NCBI GenBank assembly: GCA_001179505.1
Contig: CDMY01000696.1
Coordinates: 1-29,199, forward strand
DNA length: 29,199 nucleotides
Reading direction: 5' to 3'
From: Vitrella brassicaformis CCMP3155
Lineage: Eukaryota > Protista > Chromerida
The position numbers were made by a program, and so were the translations under genes. Positions 10,978 through 23,843 of the stretch are shown here, one piece after another. Below the pieces are notes generated by a model. The model ran no database searches and was not told the DNA's origin. It saw nothing but the letters and a program-made list of their open reading frames with translations. Positions within the stretch are counted from its first letter, which is position 1. Every line of letters starts with the position of its first letter.

Positions 10978-13900
10978 ATGAATGTTCTGAGGCTGTTCGT
11001 CGTCGTCGCAGCCATCGCGAGCAAGGCAGCCTATGCTTTAACGAAGATCCAAGCCTCCTCTCGCCACACGGTCAGCCGACAGCCGGCTATGTCGGAGCTG
11101 AATGTAAGGCCAGCACAACAGGCAGATCTTGGTGCGAACACAACCTTGCACTGACGTGTGTCCCTTTTGCTGGCAGTACGAAGCCAAGGGGACGTCGCTG
11201 ACGGCCTCGGCAGCCTTCAGAGGCGCAGATCTGCGTCAGCGGCAGACGCCACCCGAAGACACTAAGTACGTCCACGAGACCCGGTACAATGTGCAAGGCC
11301 TCGGCGAGAACCTCCCCTATCCATCGGTGGACTACTTGGGAAGGTACGTAGAAAAAACTCAGTCTTTGGAGCACAGCACAAAATTCTGTGGCTGAATGTA
11401 TGTGCACGTGATTTGCAGTGGATACGACACCATCTTCGGTGCGCAATGTCATGGGTAAGAAGATGAAAATGGAGGCGCACACACATGGATGGATGGATGG
11501 ATGGAGGGGTGTGTGGGTGTGTGTGTGGTCAATGGTTGCTCAGGTAACCCCGAGGGTGATCCCGATACCCAGATCGACCCCGGCTGGAGGGAGCCTGCCG
11601 CTCAGCTGTCATTCAGCCAGGACGGCCCCTTCCTGTCGCGAGACATGCGGTACCTTCGCCCAGTGGAGGGATGGGGACGACCTGAATACTCGTGCCGTAA
11701 GGAGCGCTGATAAGACGTCAAGCTATGATCTCGAATGCTGAACATTCTTACAGACCAGACGCAGAGTGTTGAGGAGCTCAGCTCTCTGAGCGACTATCGG
11801 TCATCCTTGTCCATCGATGTGTCCGTCAGCGCCTCGTACAATGGATTCCTCGCGTCTGGATCTTTCTCGGCTTCTGCGGGTTACGACCGTTTCAAGCGCG
11901 ACATCGTAAAGACCAGCAGCGAGAGATTTGACATGAACACTTACTGCCTGCAGTTTGTGGCGGGTAAAAGGCTCTCAGCGACCGTGTGTCAGTCGCATTG
12001 CGGCAATCCATGTGTCCATTTCTGTTTGTCACAGGTCTGTCGCCATCGATGAAGATCGAGCCGACGGAAGCGATGAAGAAAGCCATCGACAAGCTGCCCA
12101 ACGACATTAAGAAATCGAACCTGGAGCGATGGCTTGATTTCTTTCGGGTGTGTACGGGGAAAGAGCTCTTTCCTCACTTGTGGGTCCACGACGCCTTCGT
12201 GTGCAATTTGATCAGATCTATGGGACGCACGTTGCAGTGCAGGTGCGTCTGGGCGGCAAGATGTCACAGCAGGTAAGAAAAGCTGGGAACCGTTTTCTCC
12301 ATCTTGGCGTGTCCCTGTCCCGGTTATCTCTGCACAGATCATCATGAAGTCCAAGGATGTGACCAAGCTGAGGGCAGAAGGCGTCGACGTGAAGGCGGCC
12401 ATGTCCATGTCATATGGACCGTATAGGTACAGAAAAGACACGTGACGCACACTGTACTTATGTCTCAGTGTGGCTGCAGTGGCAAGGTGAAGATGAAAGC
12501 ATCGCAAGACACCAAATCCAAGGAAAAACTCGAGAACACGTCCAAGACACAGCGCACCCTCGTGCTGGGCGGCATCCCACCAGCCAGCGGCGCTGACAGC
12601 GCTGAGGGCTTCTCACAGTGGGCGGAGAGCGTGAGAGAGGCGCCGATGCCCGTCAGGTAAGCACACTGTGACACGGGAAAACAAAGGCACCTACGCTGTG
12701 TCTCGCTCACCTTCTCTGTGCATTGACGTCAGGATCGCCCTGGCGCCATTCGACGAGATATTTGACGCAGTCAAATCCAAGAGCGCCACCTACCAATTGG
12801 CCTATGAGAAGTATGCCGAGAAATACGGCGCGAAGGATGCGGGGGCCCTCGGAGTAGCCGGGGCCGCACCGAAATCGGTCAAAGAGATATTGGCTGACTA
12901 CAAGCCGCACAAGTGCACATTCGACCAGTCGTCGTATGAATGCAAGTGCCCGAGCAATAAGAAAGTCAGTGCGTGCGGAAGGCTTCCATCCGTGAGGAGA
13001 GGTGTTGCACCCTGTGTGTGTGTCGTTGTGTTCTCTAGATTGGTTTGGGGTTCCAGCTGCAGGCCAACTGTGACGACGGCAAGTTGGACAAGGCATACTA
13101 CACAAACTGCCCGGTAAGCGAGCGAGCGACACACAGATATCCACAAAGACATCTCTCATCATGGGTGTGGGTGCCTTTGACGCTGATGCGCTGATACAGG
13201 TCGGCGTGAATGGCTGCATCGGATCGCAGAAGGACCTGAGTGGCGACGACGAGAGCTACACCTGGCTCATGTGCGGCCCATCGGAGATCCGCGGTGTCAT
13301 CCAGCGATTCGTCAAGGGCGAAAACGTGGTAACGGCCACCTGTCCAAGCGGAACCAGAGTCTCTCTCGGCTTCAAACTGCAGCAGAACTCAGATTCCCCT
13401 GACAAATGGTGCGAAGCAGTAGAGGAATGGGACTCTGTTTGTAAGGAATTCTCTCCCTGTGTAATCCTGTAGGATTGCCGATGGGTGCACGGCCAACGAG
13501 CAGTCTTGCAGCCTTGGCTTGAAAAATCAGGGAGGCAACGACGAAGGTGATCCAAGACGGAGACACAAGAGAGACGAGAGAGACGGCCTTGTGCCTCACC
13601 TGATAGCACACCCCGGTCTGTCGGTTTGCTTGCGTGTCTGTCCTGGTTGATGCAGGTTATGTGTGGGTGGCATGCTTCCCCGCAGACACACCCGGTCAGC
13701 CGAGCTCAGCTCAGCGGGAGGAGGGGCGGCAACAAACACACAAGTATCTCATCCATGTGTACGTGTCCGTGTCAGGCCTCAGCGGCATCAGAAATGTGGC
13801 CAAGGCCGGCGACTTGCCGAGCAAATCGCCCTCTCTTTCCTGCCCGTCGGGCAAGAAGATCATCGCAGGTCTCAACATGCAGACCAACTCAAAGATGGGC

Positions 13901-14136
13901 CGCGTCTCCAAGTACTTTCGCGCCATTAGTGCGGGAGGGCGAAAATACACGACTTACACAAGTGAGTGGAGCTGAGAGCTGAGCAGCCGAAGATAAGTCA
14001 CTGAGGCACTCGAGGGCATGCTCTCTCTCTCTCTGTGTGTCTGTGTGTGTGTGTGTGTCTGTGTGTGTGTGTGTCGGTGTGTGCAGAGAACGAGAAGGGC
14101 AATGACGGGTACTTCGCGTGGATAGGCTGCTCCTAA
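10978..14136 (+). CDS. PLP: Secreted MACPF-domain perforin-like protein of the apicomplexan PLP type, with a C-terminal three-repeat APC-beta-like domain (about 15 exons)
   Basis: Exon 1 (10978-11103) encodes a signal peptide, MNVLRLFVVVAAIASKAAYA. Splicing gives YLGSGYDTIFGNPEGDPDTQIDPGWR and ELSSLSDYRSSLSIDVSVSASY...GSFSASAGY...YC. The MACPF signature WLDFFRIYGTHVAVQVRLGG lies at ~12120-12260, followed by FSQWAESVREAPMP. The C-terminal repeats have CPxG...GF/L and end in WLMC, WVAC and WIGC. Stop TAA at 14134-14136. Confidence 0.93.
14021..14084 (+). repeat. (CT)n(TG)n microsatellite in the last intron of the perforin-like gene
   Basis: ctctctctctctgtgtgtctgtgtgtgtg... directly upstream of acceptor gtgcag. 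Confidence 0.9.
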
Positions 14137-15122
14137 CTGTGTGCTGTATGTCCACACACGTGTTGGCGTGCATACGTTAACGATGCACTTAGCGTGTAGA
14201 AAGAAGGCATTCTCTCATCGCAGGCACCATTGATGGTACCGAGCATGGACTGACTCATGTTCGTCGCCTCGGCCATGGCACACACACACGGACATGGCCC
14301 ATCTCTGCACATCCATTGACATGGCTAGTGTCTCATCCGTCTCATAAACGGGCCCCGCTACTCTGACGCGACACACCGGCAGATAGATAAATGGCCGCAA
14401 AACATCCTACGATGCACGATAATACCACAGGGCACATCGATCCTGTGTGCAGTGAGTGCTGCCTGCCATAAGAAACAAGTCAGTCTCCATCTATCTAATT
14501 TGTCGGCCCACATGGCGGCCGCCAGCAAAAGGCAAAAAAGCGGCAGCAAAACGAACGAACTATCAGCGTCTCAACGGCAGAGGCACTCATCAATCACTTA
14601 CCGTCGTCCGATCTATCAGCCTAGCAGCCCAAAACTCATCAGACGTCACATCTGCAGACATCACCAAGTGTGGAGCATGAAACACTCTCTGGGGGTGTGG
14701 TGTGTGGGGGAAAGGCAAAAAGCTTGGCCGAGGAGGGGGGGGAGAGGACAGGAGAGGGGAGGGAGGGGAGGTGACCGGCATGTGCGTCCACAAATATCAC
14801 ATCCGTCGGTCAGGGTGGGTATAGCAGTGTGTGTGTGTGTGTATGTCAAAATCGCACGTATTCGTGAAGAATACATGCGTGAAGCCCTCCCCTCCCTCCC
14901 CCACTCCCCTCGGCCGCCCCACACGCCCGCCCCACTACCCACTGTGTCTTCAGTGCCTCTAGCCCAAGCACGAGGCAGTACCTACGTGGTCCTTTCAAAA
15001 ATCCCCTCCCTCCCTCCATCCCTCAGCACAGCCCAGCCCTGCCACCGTGCAAGTAAGGTACCAATCCATCCACAGTGCTCGGCCATGTACCCTCCCCCTC
15101 CCCCCTCTCCCCCCTCCGTTGT

Positions 15123-17117
15123 TCACTGTTCCTTTTCCCGCTCTTCGAGCAGGCTGCCCGACGTGCTCTGGCTCGACAGACTGCGCTTGACGCCCTCCGG
15201 TGACTGCTGCCCGCTGCTGCTCTTCTCCTGCTGCTTCATCTGCAGCGATGGCTCTCGCTTCTCAAGGCCCGTGTGCGGCAGGATGGCACCCATAATGAAG
15301 AAGAAGCCCATGACCCAGAAGCCGTAGTAGCTGACGGCGCGCCATGCGATGAAGGATGCCGAGAAGGTAAAGAAGACGAAGGGCATCTGGCTGTAGTGGA
15401 TGAACGTCTGGGAGACGATCCATCGCACCTGAATGAAGGCATCCATTCATTAAATAAGGGATACAGGAGGGCAAGTGTGGCGCATCCATGGGTGTCTGCG
15501 TGCGTACCACTTGGTAGAATTTGGCCATGATGGGCCGGTCCTCCATCGGCCATCGGTAGCGCCACTGCACACAAGGACACAACACGCCCATACGGTGACA
15601 GACTCGTCCGTCCCGTGTGCCATCCATCTTTTCCTATCCCTCGACTGACTGACCACAAGGTCTTGGCTGAGTTCAAACACAGGGTAGAGTGAGAAGGCCA
15701 GGTAGTAGCCCGCATCCCAGCCATGCCAAAACGCACTGATCGTCGTCGTCACCAACTTGCGCAACAGAGGAATCCTGCACACACGCACAAGCACAAGCAC
15801 AGTGAGTGACGCCACTCAACTCGCAACTCGCACACCCATTCATTATCCTTTCTCTCCCTCTCCTCTGTCTGCCTGTCCTGCCTGACTGACTTGATGGGCA
15901 GTCGCTTGTAGACATTGAGGGCCATCCAGGTCTGCACACTGCTGTTCCACTTCTTGATGACTTCCCGGATGTTCTGCGACCAGTCAAGCGTCGGATTGTA
16001 CGTCATAAAAACGTCATTGTTCACGCCGTTGAGCGCGCTCGTGTCGCAGCCTGCACATACACACACACACACACGCACGCACAGGTGCGTATGTCTGACT
16101 GCCTGTCTGCCTGGTCACAATGTGGCGGTCCCTTACCGACGCCAGCTGCTGCACACGTGCACTCGGCAATGAACCAGCAAAACAGAATCTCGGCCTTCTT
16201 GACCAACAACACGATGTTGATATAGAACAAACGATACCTGACATACGCAGCACAGATTCGCCAATGTGCCCATCTGCAGCCTTGTTTTGATGGCTGCAGC
16301 AGCAGTCCTCACCAGAATGAGTGCTCCAGAAAGGCGGGCTCGAGCACGGCCGCCACATTGAATCGCGGGAGCAGCAGATAGGCCAGCCAGTGCATGGAGC
16401 ACTCATATCCCCTCTTGAGCAAGAAGCCGCCGAAGTTCCTGGCCTTGGTGTTGGGGTTGTCGAACGTGTCCTGCACGGCCCGCCAGCTGAGGGTGGGGCC
16501 ACTCCAGATGCCGGGGAAGAACAGCATAAAGCTCATGAAACACGTCAGCGGCGGGACGGCCTGCGAGTCCTCCGCGTGGAAGGCAAACGTACCCAACCTG
16601 ACGCACACCGACACACAGAGGGGGGATCTGATCTATATAGGTATCTCTGTGCGGTGCGCATCCCATCGCAGGTCTCTCTCGTCTCTCTCGTCGCGACGGG
16701 GCGGGAGGGAGGCGATCCAAATACATACCTGAGAGTGAACATGTAGAAGGCCAGATCTCCCGAGATCGGCAGGTGCAGCCAGCCCATCATGGCCTTGATC
16801 CGCATCAGATTTGCAAAGCAAAAGGCCAGGGCTATCACCACGCACCCCGCCATCCGCCGTCTGTAGAGCAGCCGCGTGAGGCCATAGCAGACGAGCGAGA
16901 GGAGGATTGGCATCCAGACGGCACTCTGGAACATCAGCACCCATATTATGGCGCCGACGAGGGATGAGAAGAGCCGCCGTGACGATGTGGGCAGGGCGGG
17001 CAGCGCAAAGGAGAGGGAGAACGCGCCGAAGAGAGTCGCGGGATAGAGAAAGGCAGGCTCAGACAACGCAGAGTGAGAGAGAGGACCTGGTGCCTCCGCA
17101 ATGTCGGCGCCCTCCAT
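15123..17117 (-). CDS. MBOAT-family O-acyltransferase (lysophospholipid acyltransferase-like), paralog A, 7 exons
   Basis: Multiple TM segments. Motifs YMFTLRLG, FFPGIWSGP, WNSSVQTWMALNVYKRL and catalytic-His motif ISAFWHGWDAGYY. Six GT-AG introns, including 16728-16598, 15890-15775 and 15507-15429. Confidence 0.92.
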
Positions 17118-17221
17118 CACTGGCGCGGGCCTTCTCACCCCTGGCAGCCTCTCTGGCGACACACACGGCCGCTTGCACTCCTCACCGCCCTCGGGGGATC
17201 GCACCTGACGCAAACTCCAAG

Positions 17222-19086
17222 ATGGCTGGCGCTAGCCCAGGGTTGCCCAAGATCCAAGATTTAAGATCCAACCAAGCAACAAACACTAAGCTCGCGTGGC
17301 AGGAGGTGGACGGCGCGCTCTCTCCCGAGCTGAATGGTATCAAGGCTTCATTGCTCTTCCCGTTGCTGGTCGTTCTCGTCGTCGGAGGGAAGGTGATGGT
17401 GCAGCTTGTGGGACAGTCAATCGGAGCCGTCATCAGCTTCCTGACGTCCGTCAGCGAGATTCAAGACGAGACCGTCCTCATCGGCAGCCTGCTTTTGTTC
17501 ATCCCCCTCGCCGCACTTCTGCCGCACATCAGAGAACCCGCCTATAGGAGATGCTACTCGTCTGCCATCGGAGCTGTGATGGTCATTCTGCTGTTCGGGG
17601 ACGAGCTGTGGTGCTTCCTGGCGCTGGTCATCTCGGGCTATGTGCTCACGAGGTGGCTGGCGAATGCACGCTGCTCGTGCACAGGCTTCGCTGTGGTCGG
17701 CCTGTGTTTCACTTTCGCCAACATCGTCCGGCTGCTGGCGTGGAAGGGATTCATCACCCTGTCGCTGCGGAGCGACGTGGCGTTCTACATGCTGACTCTG
17801 CGGCTGGGGGCGTTTGCCTTCCTGACGCAGGACAACACCGTGGGGAAGCAGCAGTGGACGATGCCGTCATGGCGCGACTTCTGCGACTTCATCCTGTTCT
17901 TCCCATGCATGTGGTCGGGCCCCAGCCTGACCTACCCCCTCATCATGGACACACTCACGCAGCCCGCCCCCCCATCCCCACCGTCACTCGCTGACATGGC
18001 CACCTTCGCCGTCCACAGGGCGTTCGACTCGGGTCTGCACTTCTTCGGCTACTTTGTCCTGGTCCCCCTGTTTCCCCTCAACGGGCTGCTGTCGCCCTCC
18101 TTCCGCACGGCCCCTCTCTGGTGGCGGCTGGCGTATGTCTGCGTGCCGGTCTTCGGCAAGAGGTGCCAGATCGTCATGGCCTGGTACTTCGCCGAGGTGG
18201 CGTGTTTTGCCGCCGGGCTGGGGCTGCAGAAGCAGGGCAACAAATACGCCTACCTGCACATGGGGCTGCTCAGCGCATTCACAAGCGGTGATGCGCTGGG
18301 GGACGACCGCAGCCCCGTCAATGTGGGCAGCAGGAACAGCAGCGACGAGAAGCTCAGCGAGCGGCGGGGCGACTTCCTGGCCTTCGACTGGCGCGTGGAG
18401 ATATCGGAGGACATGCGGCTGCTGGTGCGGCGGTGGAACACCAGCGTCCAGACATGGCTCGCATACAACGTATACAAGCGGCTGCCAATCAGGTCAGCTC
18501 GGTGGGACAAGACAGGGTCCCAGAAACACTTCATGTTGTGTCGATGGCGTGGCCATCCATGCCATATATCAGGAGTAAGCTGGTGAAGCGTCTGATCACC
18601 CTGACGGTGGGTGCATTCTGGCACGGCATCTCGCCGGGCTTCTACATGTCCTTCTGTCTCTATCCCTTCGCCGACTTCTGTCAAGAGCTGGCTGGCTGGC
18701 ATGCAGTCTGGCCGGGCGAGTCGCTGCCCGCACTCAAACTGCTCATCAAACTGGTAAGTAACCTCACACACACACACACCTGACACATGACAGCTCATGT
18801 GGGCGAGTGTGTGCAGGTGCGCGTGTTGGGTACCCAGATCTTGCTGAACAGTCTGTTGCTGCCGTTCGTGCTGCTGGATTTCCACTCGTCTCTGCTGGCG
18901 TGGTATCACTGCGACCTGCTGCCCTTCTGGTTCATGGGCGCCCTCCTGCTCTTCGGCATGGCCAGGAGCGCACTGGCGGGGCCGACATATGGATCGCACA
19001 AGCAGAAGCAGCAGGCGGATGCCGCAGCTGGAGCTGCAACTGCCCGTGGGCTGAATGGGCGTGAGAAGGACATCAAAGGCAGCTAG
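17222..19086 (+). CDS. MBOAT-family O-acyltransferase (lysophospholipid acyltransferase-like), paralog B; exons 17222-18492, 18573-18753, 18817-19086
   Basis: Motifs YMLTLRLG, FFPCMWSGP, WNTSVQTWLAYNVYKRL and VGAFWHGISPGFY. Two GT-AG introns. Confidence 0.92.
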
Positions 19087-19504
19087 CTAGGTGGCCAGCT
19101 CTGACCTGACCTCTGACAATGAGGGTGCCACTGGTGGGATTGCCTTCTCGCTCTCTCGCTTTATTGCTGGCCGGCCGATTGCCGGCGGTGGGTGTGGTGT
19201 AATGTATTGGTGTTTGTCGGTCGGTCAGCCAGTGAGCCGATGACGAGAGAGTGAGAGAGCCACTGACTGTGTCGTGTGTGTATAACTATAGCTATTTTCA
19301 GCTACCGCACTAGCTAGGGACTGTGGATGGAGTGAGGCCGGTGGGCACTGGGCTATGTTTGTGTGGACACTGACACATAGATTGGACACATAACGAACGA
19401 TCTCTCATTGCATCGTCTGTCTGTCTGTCTGTCTCTGTCTGGGCGGGACAAGCCGACTGACTGACTCACCCACACACCTCCCAAGTGCCGTGCCCGTCTT
19501 ATGC

Positions 19505-22500
19505 TTATCCATCCATCCCACATATGAAGCTGCCATGAGTCTCCCGCAAATACTCAGCCAGCAGCTCAAAGGCGTATCGCAGTGGGGGCAGCAGGGGCAA
19601 CACCGGCGTATACGCAACCTCCTGGTGTGGCTCATCCGGCGAGAACTGACACACCCGCACCCCACACACAAAGGGAGTACATGTAGCTTTGGGCACGTGC
19701 CGAGTTTTTTGCCGCTGACCTGTATGTAGAAGCTGTGAAGGTACGCTCTCACTACCCGCCAAGAGAGCCCCTTGGCCACGTGCCGTCTCTCTGGCTGTGT
19801 GGAGGGCAGGGCCGCGCACGTGCGGATGGCGGCTGTCACATCCAACAACCACGCCCACGAAGATGCGGGCGCCCGGTAGACGGAGGGGCTGTGGTGGGGG
19901 CCCGCCACACACTCATGCAGAGCGGACGCCAGCTCGAACACGGCAGTGTGGAAGAGGCTGTCATGGAGACCATAGCGGAGACACGCGTACACAATCTGAC
20001 GGACACAAAAGCAAACAGGTCACTCATGGGCGGGGCGCAGAGAGAGATAAAGATGCGGTCGCTCACCTGGCAGAGCAGGATGCACCAGTCGAGCCCCTTG
20101 AGGCCGGCGCACCGGATGCGCTGCCCGTAGAAGGTGGGAATGATGGCCTTCCAGGCGTCGCTGGAGACAATGTCGTCACTCTCCACCTGGTAGGGGACCC
20201 GACTATGGGCCTCGTCGCTGTCCGCGAGCATCTGGTGGAGGGGAGGCGGCATAGACACGATCAACAGACGGGTCGGGTGAGCATGGTGCAATGGTCCTGA
20301 CCTGAGCGAAGACCGAGCTATGTCTCGCCATCACTGCAGAGTGGGCGTGCACGGCTTCCTTCCTCCCGCCAGTGTGCATCTTTTCGCGACGCCCCTCGTG
20401 CCGTATGGGTGCGATTATCGTCAGATCCTCAGCCACGGGCAGGGCAAACGGCACAGACGGGGCAGGGGGCATGCTGTCCATGTCCGGGGCGACCGGGGGC
20501 GACACACACATGTCTGATCAATCGGGATGACGGAATCAAACAACGGCCGAAACGTTGTGTGTCTCGCTTGGTCGCTTACCCCATGCCAGCCGTCCTAGTG
20601 GAGTGAAGCCGCTGTCGTCCTCAATCGCCAGGCATCGGAAGAATCGGTGCACATCGACCAGGCGGAACACGTCAAAGACGTAGAAGTTGCGGGTGCTCGA
20701 GGCCACATGGAGGATCGTCTGGCCCGCCGTGTTGCGGTGGAGCAGCAGGTCGGGGCTGCACTCGTGGGTGAGGTCGAACAGCTCTGACAGCAACCGCTTG
20801 GCGGCCTCGCGCATCACGAGGAGAGAGGACTCCTCATACTGACAGAAAGGGGGCGAAGGAGAAGGCAGGGACACATAAAAGGAATAATGGGGAATAGTCG
20901 TGCCGTCAGACAGGCTTACCACGACGGAGCGGAACCGTGCACTCATGAGGTGAAGGACGGTGTGCCCGTATCTGGGATGTCTGAATTGGACGACGGCCTC
21001 GTCACCCCTCGTCAGGAGGTCGAGTGCGATGTCGTCCTTCCCGGCCTCGATCGCCGCCCACAGATATGGCAATCCATCACCGTCCAGCCCACTCGGGTTG
21101 AACGACAGCTGAGCCAACGTGGCCTGGTCGCCCTGCACACAGCCGGAGAAAAGAGACAGAGACCTGCATGAGCCTCACCGAGACCTGTGCAGGTGCTGCC
21201 CTACCGATGTGATGGCATCCATGACGGCTCTCTCCATCTTATTGCTCCCTCCCCTCTCCCCCTGCCCATCCGCCCGCTCTTCACTCTCAAACGTCGCTGG
21301 CCGTGTCAGTTCCTCGCTCCGAGACCCGCGGGCCGACCGGGCGACGGACGAAGAAGGGACAGGGTGGGGGGAGGGGGACAGATCAGCTGGCGATGTGGCG
21401 TCCAAGGCGGCAAGTGATGCACGATTCCCCTGAAAGACAGACAGACAAAAAAAAGTGAAGACAAGCAAGTGGGTGTGTCGTGTCCAGCTGCGAAGTGACG
21501 TTCTCCATCATTTCTCGTGAATGAGTTCTTACGTGGTTTCTCTTCAATGCAGCTCGCTCTTGGACTGTGTCCTTCTGGCGACAGCCCCTCACAGGATCTG
21601 TCTCATGGCCAAGGGCACCACTACCGTAGCTATTTCGCTCTTGGTGCGACATGGGGGTGGGCGAGGCCGCAGTCGGAGGCCATATGGATGGATGAGACGT
21701 AGACTGGTGCTGCGATGGGTTGCTGAGGAAGTCTCGCTGTGCCCTGATGCGACCGGCTACCGACTGATCGTGGCCAAAGGGGGCTATCTGGACATACACC
21801 TGAGTGACGAGACACCCCGTTTCCATAAGTGAGACACGAAGAGATCTCTGTCTTCCTCTGACGTTGATGAGGTTGGTGTTGAGAAAGCCGTCGAGGAACT
21901 CGGAGTGCAGCTCCATTGCCTCGGGCAGGCACTCCGGCTCGCCAAAGGGGTCCTCAAAGGCATCCACACACCGATCGAAGAGCCGTGTGCTCTCTTCGCT
22001 GGCCCGATAGAACAGATCCATTGCAACAGTCCCTGCACGACAATAAGCATTACAGCAATCACATCGGCTGACTATGGAGAGCTTCACCTGGCTCCTTACC
22101 AGCCAGGGCCTTGCGCATGTCCAACTCCAAGTCCACGCCAATCCGGTCGCCAGCAGCACGCAGCTAGGACGCACGAAATACAATACACACGGCGACAATA
22201 GCGATCGTCTGAGGAGTCGTCCTTCAGTGCTCACCTGTTGGTTGACACTAGCCTGCAGCTGCTCTAGATACTGCCAAGAGGTGAGAAGGCTCACCAGGAC
22301 ACCAACAGGCGAGACCGGAGAATCCTGTCGGTTTGTCGGACAGAAATCAATGTCATTTCGTGCAAGTTGTGAGGTGTCTGCAGATCTGAGCCTTGCCCAC
22401 TCGTCTGCTCAGTAGCTGGTTTGCCTCGTCCACACTGTGGTTGTACGTGGCGATGGCGTCCAAGCAGTGCTGCAGCGTGGAAAGGTCCTCCGCAGGAAAT

Positions 22501-22940
22501 GACGCCTGCACCCCCAAAGGCAACAAGGCAACACATGATAGTCTCGCATCTTGACTGCCACTCTAAGGCCGCACCTTCTGGAGCATGTCGGTGCGAGTAA
22601 GGCTTGCCTGCTGGCGCAAGCACGCTGCACGACTCGCCCAGCTCCTCAGCTGTGCCTCGTTCCATAGAACCGAGCTGGAACGAAACCCCGCGAGGAACAC
22701 CATTGCAATCGGAGGCAGCCCAAGGCATGGCGACCGTCTTATCAGGCGTATGTACCTATCGGTGAGTTCGTGTTTGAGGTCGGCGATGGCTGCTTCAAGA
22801 GATCGCACCCTGATCATTAGAACACACAATGTAATGTACGCTTGAATTCGTCTTTTTTTCCTCGTTTTGCCGGGCCCACCTTGCCAAGTGCCCCAGAAAG
22901 GGTTGCGAAGCCGTATACCCCTCGTCTGTGGACACCGCAT
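19505..22940 (-). CDS. Multi-exon protein with an N-terminal helical region, ankyrin repeats and a BTB/POZ domain (both ends approximate)
   Basis: Ankyrin motifs YGHTVLHL, AGQTILHVAS and SGFTPL lie at 20580-21100. Splicing at 20301-20232 gives BTB-like DLTII...VHAHSAVMARHSSVFAQ|MLADSD...VSSDAWKAIIPTFYG...LRYGL. Upstream exons join in phase via the intron NH|GNRAS (~21530-21435). Confidence 0.7.
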
Positions 22941-23181
22941 GCCTCTGTGTCAGCGAACACATCCCCCCTCACCGCTTGCCGATCTTACCTTCTCGCGACC
23001 GCATCGCTGAACGGCTACGATTGATAAGCTGCATGCCGACATGGTGTGTGCGATACGTATCAGCCAGCTGCCGTGGTGCTGGAGTTATCGAGCGCATCGG
23101 ACCGTGTGGCGGGCCCCAAATGAGTGCCGGCCCCCACCGATAGCTCGCCCAACATTATCCCCTCGGTGCCGTCCCGCATTA

Positions 23182-23843
23182 ATGGCTTTCAGAAGCCCGC
23201 TAACGGACTATCCATTCGCAGTAAGCAGGGCAGTCAAGCCCCATAAAGAGAAAGGGCGCAATAGGTTTGTCTCGTGTGTTGATGGTTGTGTCTGTGCTGA
23301 TGGTATGTGTCTGTGCTGATGCAGAGCTCAACGGTCATACTGCCCGGGGAGGACATCGATTGCAGCGAGTGTGAGCTGTTCGGCAAAAAGGACGACCCCA
23401 CAAGCTGGCTCATCGAGGAGCTGTGTCTTCCCCCGCCTCTCCCCCTCCCCCTCAATGCTCACACACAAAGAAGCAGCAGGGCCTCAACGCGGCAACGCAA
23501 GGGAAGCGGAGCCCAGCCGTCGCCAAGGGACCATCCTTGGCCCTCGTGGCACCGATATGTCACTCACGAGACCGGCAGCCCGCCTCTATGGATTCTGATC
23601 TGCTGCAGTATGCCGTACTGCTGCGGGGCGGTGAAGCATGTGAGTGCCAGTGGAGCGGGTAACAGCAAGGAGGAGACAGAGAAGAAATCCAGTGACGGAG
23701 AGAAGTGCCGGTTGCGGCAAAATGGCCCAGTCGGTCCGAGGGCTGGGGATAATTACATGTGCCCCCATCCACGGTCGCGGCCGAGACACAGGGAGAGGGG
23801 ATGGCGGGAGTGCGACAGTGGTTTGAGCAACGAAGATCCGTGA
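23182..23843 (+). CDS. Small hypothetical protein; exon 23182-23220, then from 23325 (3' end uncertain)
   Basis: ATG, strong donor GCA|gtaagc and acceptor gatgcag|AGC join in phase 0, giving MAFRSPLTDYPFASSTVILPGEDIDCSECELFGKKDDPTSWLIEEL. No family recognised. Confidence 0.4.

Noticed and set aside
14725-14945. G-rich tract followed by a C-rich tract (possible G-quadruplex or hairpin)
   Set aside because: Such purine/pyrimidine low-complexity tracts are common throughout this window, and no specific complementarity was seen.
14452-15327. 291-aa plus-strand ORF
   Set aside because: Low-complexity translation of purine/pyrimidine tracts, with its 3' part antisense to the MBOAT-A last exon. 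No motif or splice support.
16907-17221. N-terminal 105-aa extension of the MBOAT-B ORF
   Set aside because: It overlaps the first exon of MBOAT-A on the opposite strand and begins at a non-ATG codon. ATG 17222 is the plausible start.
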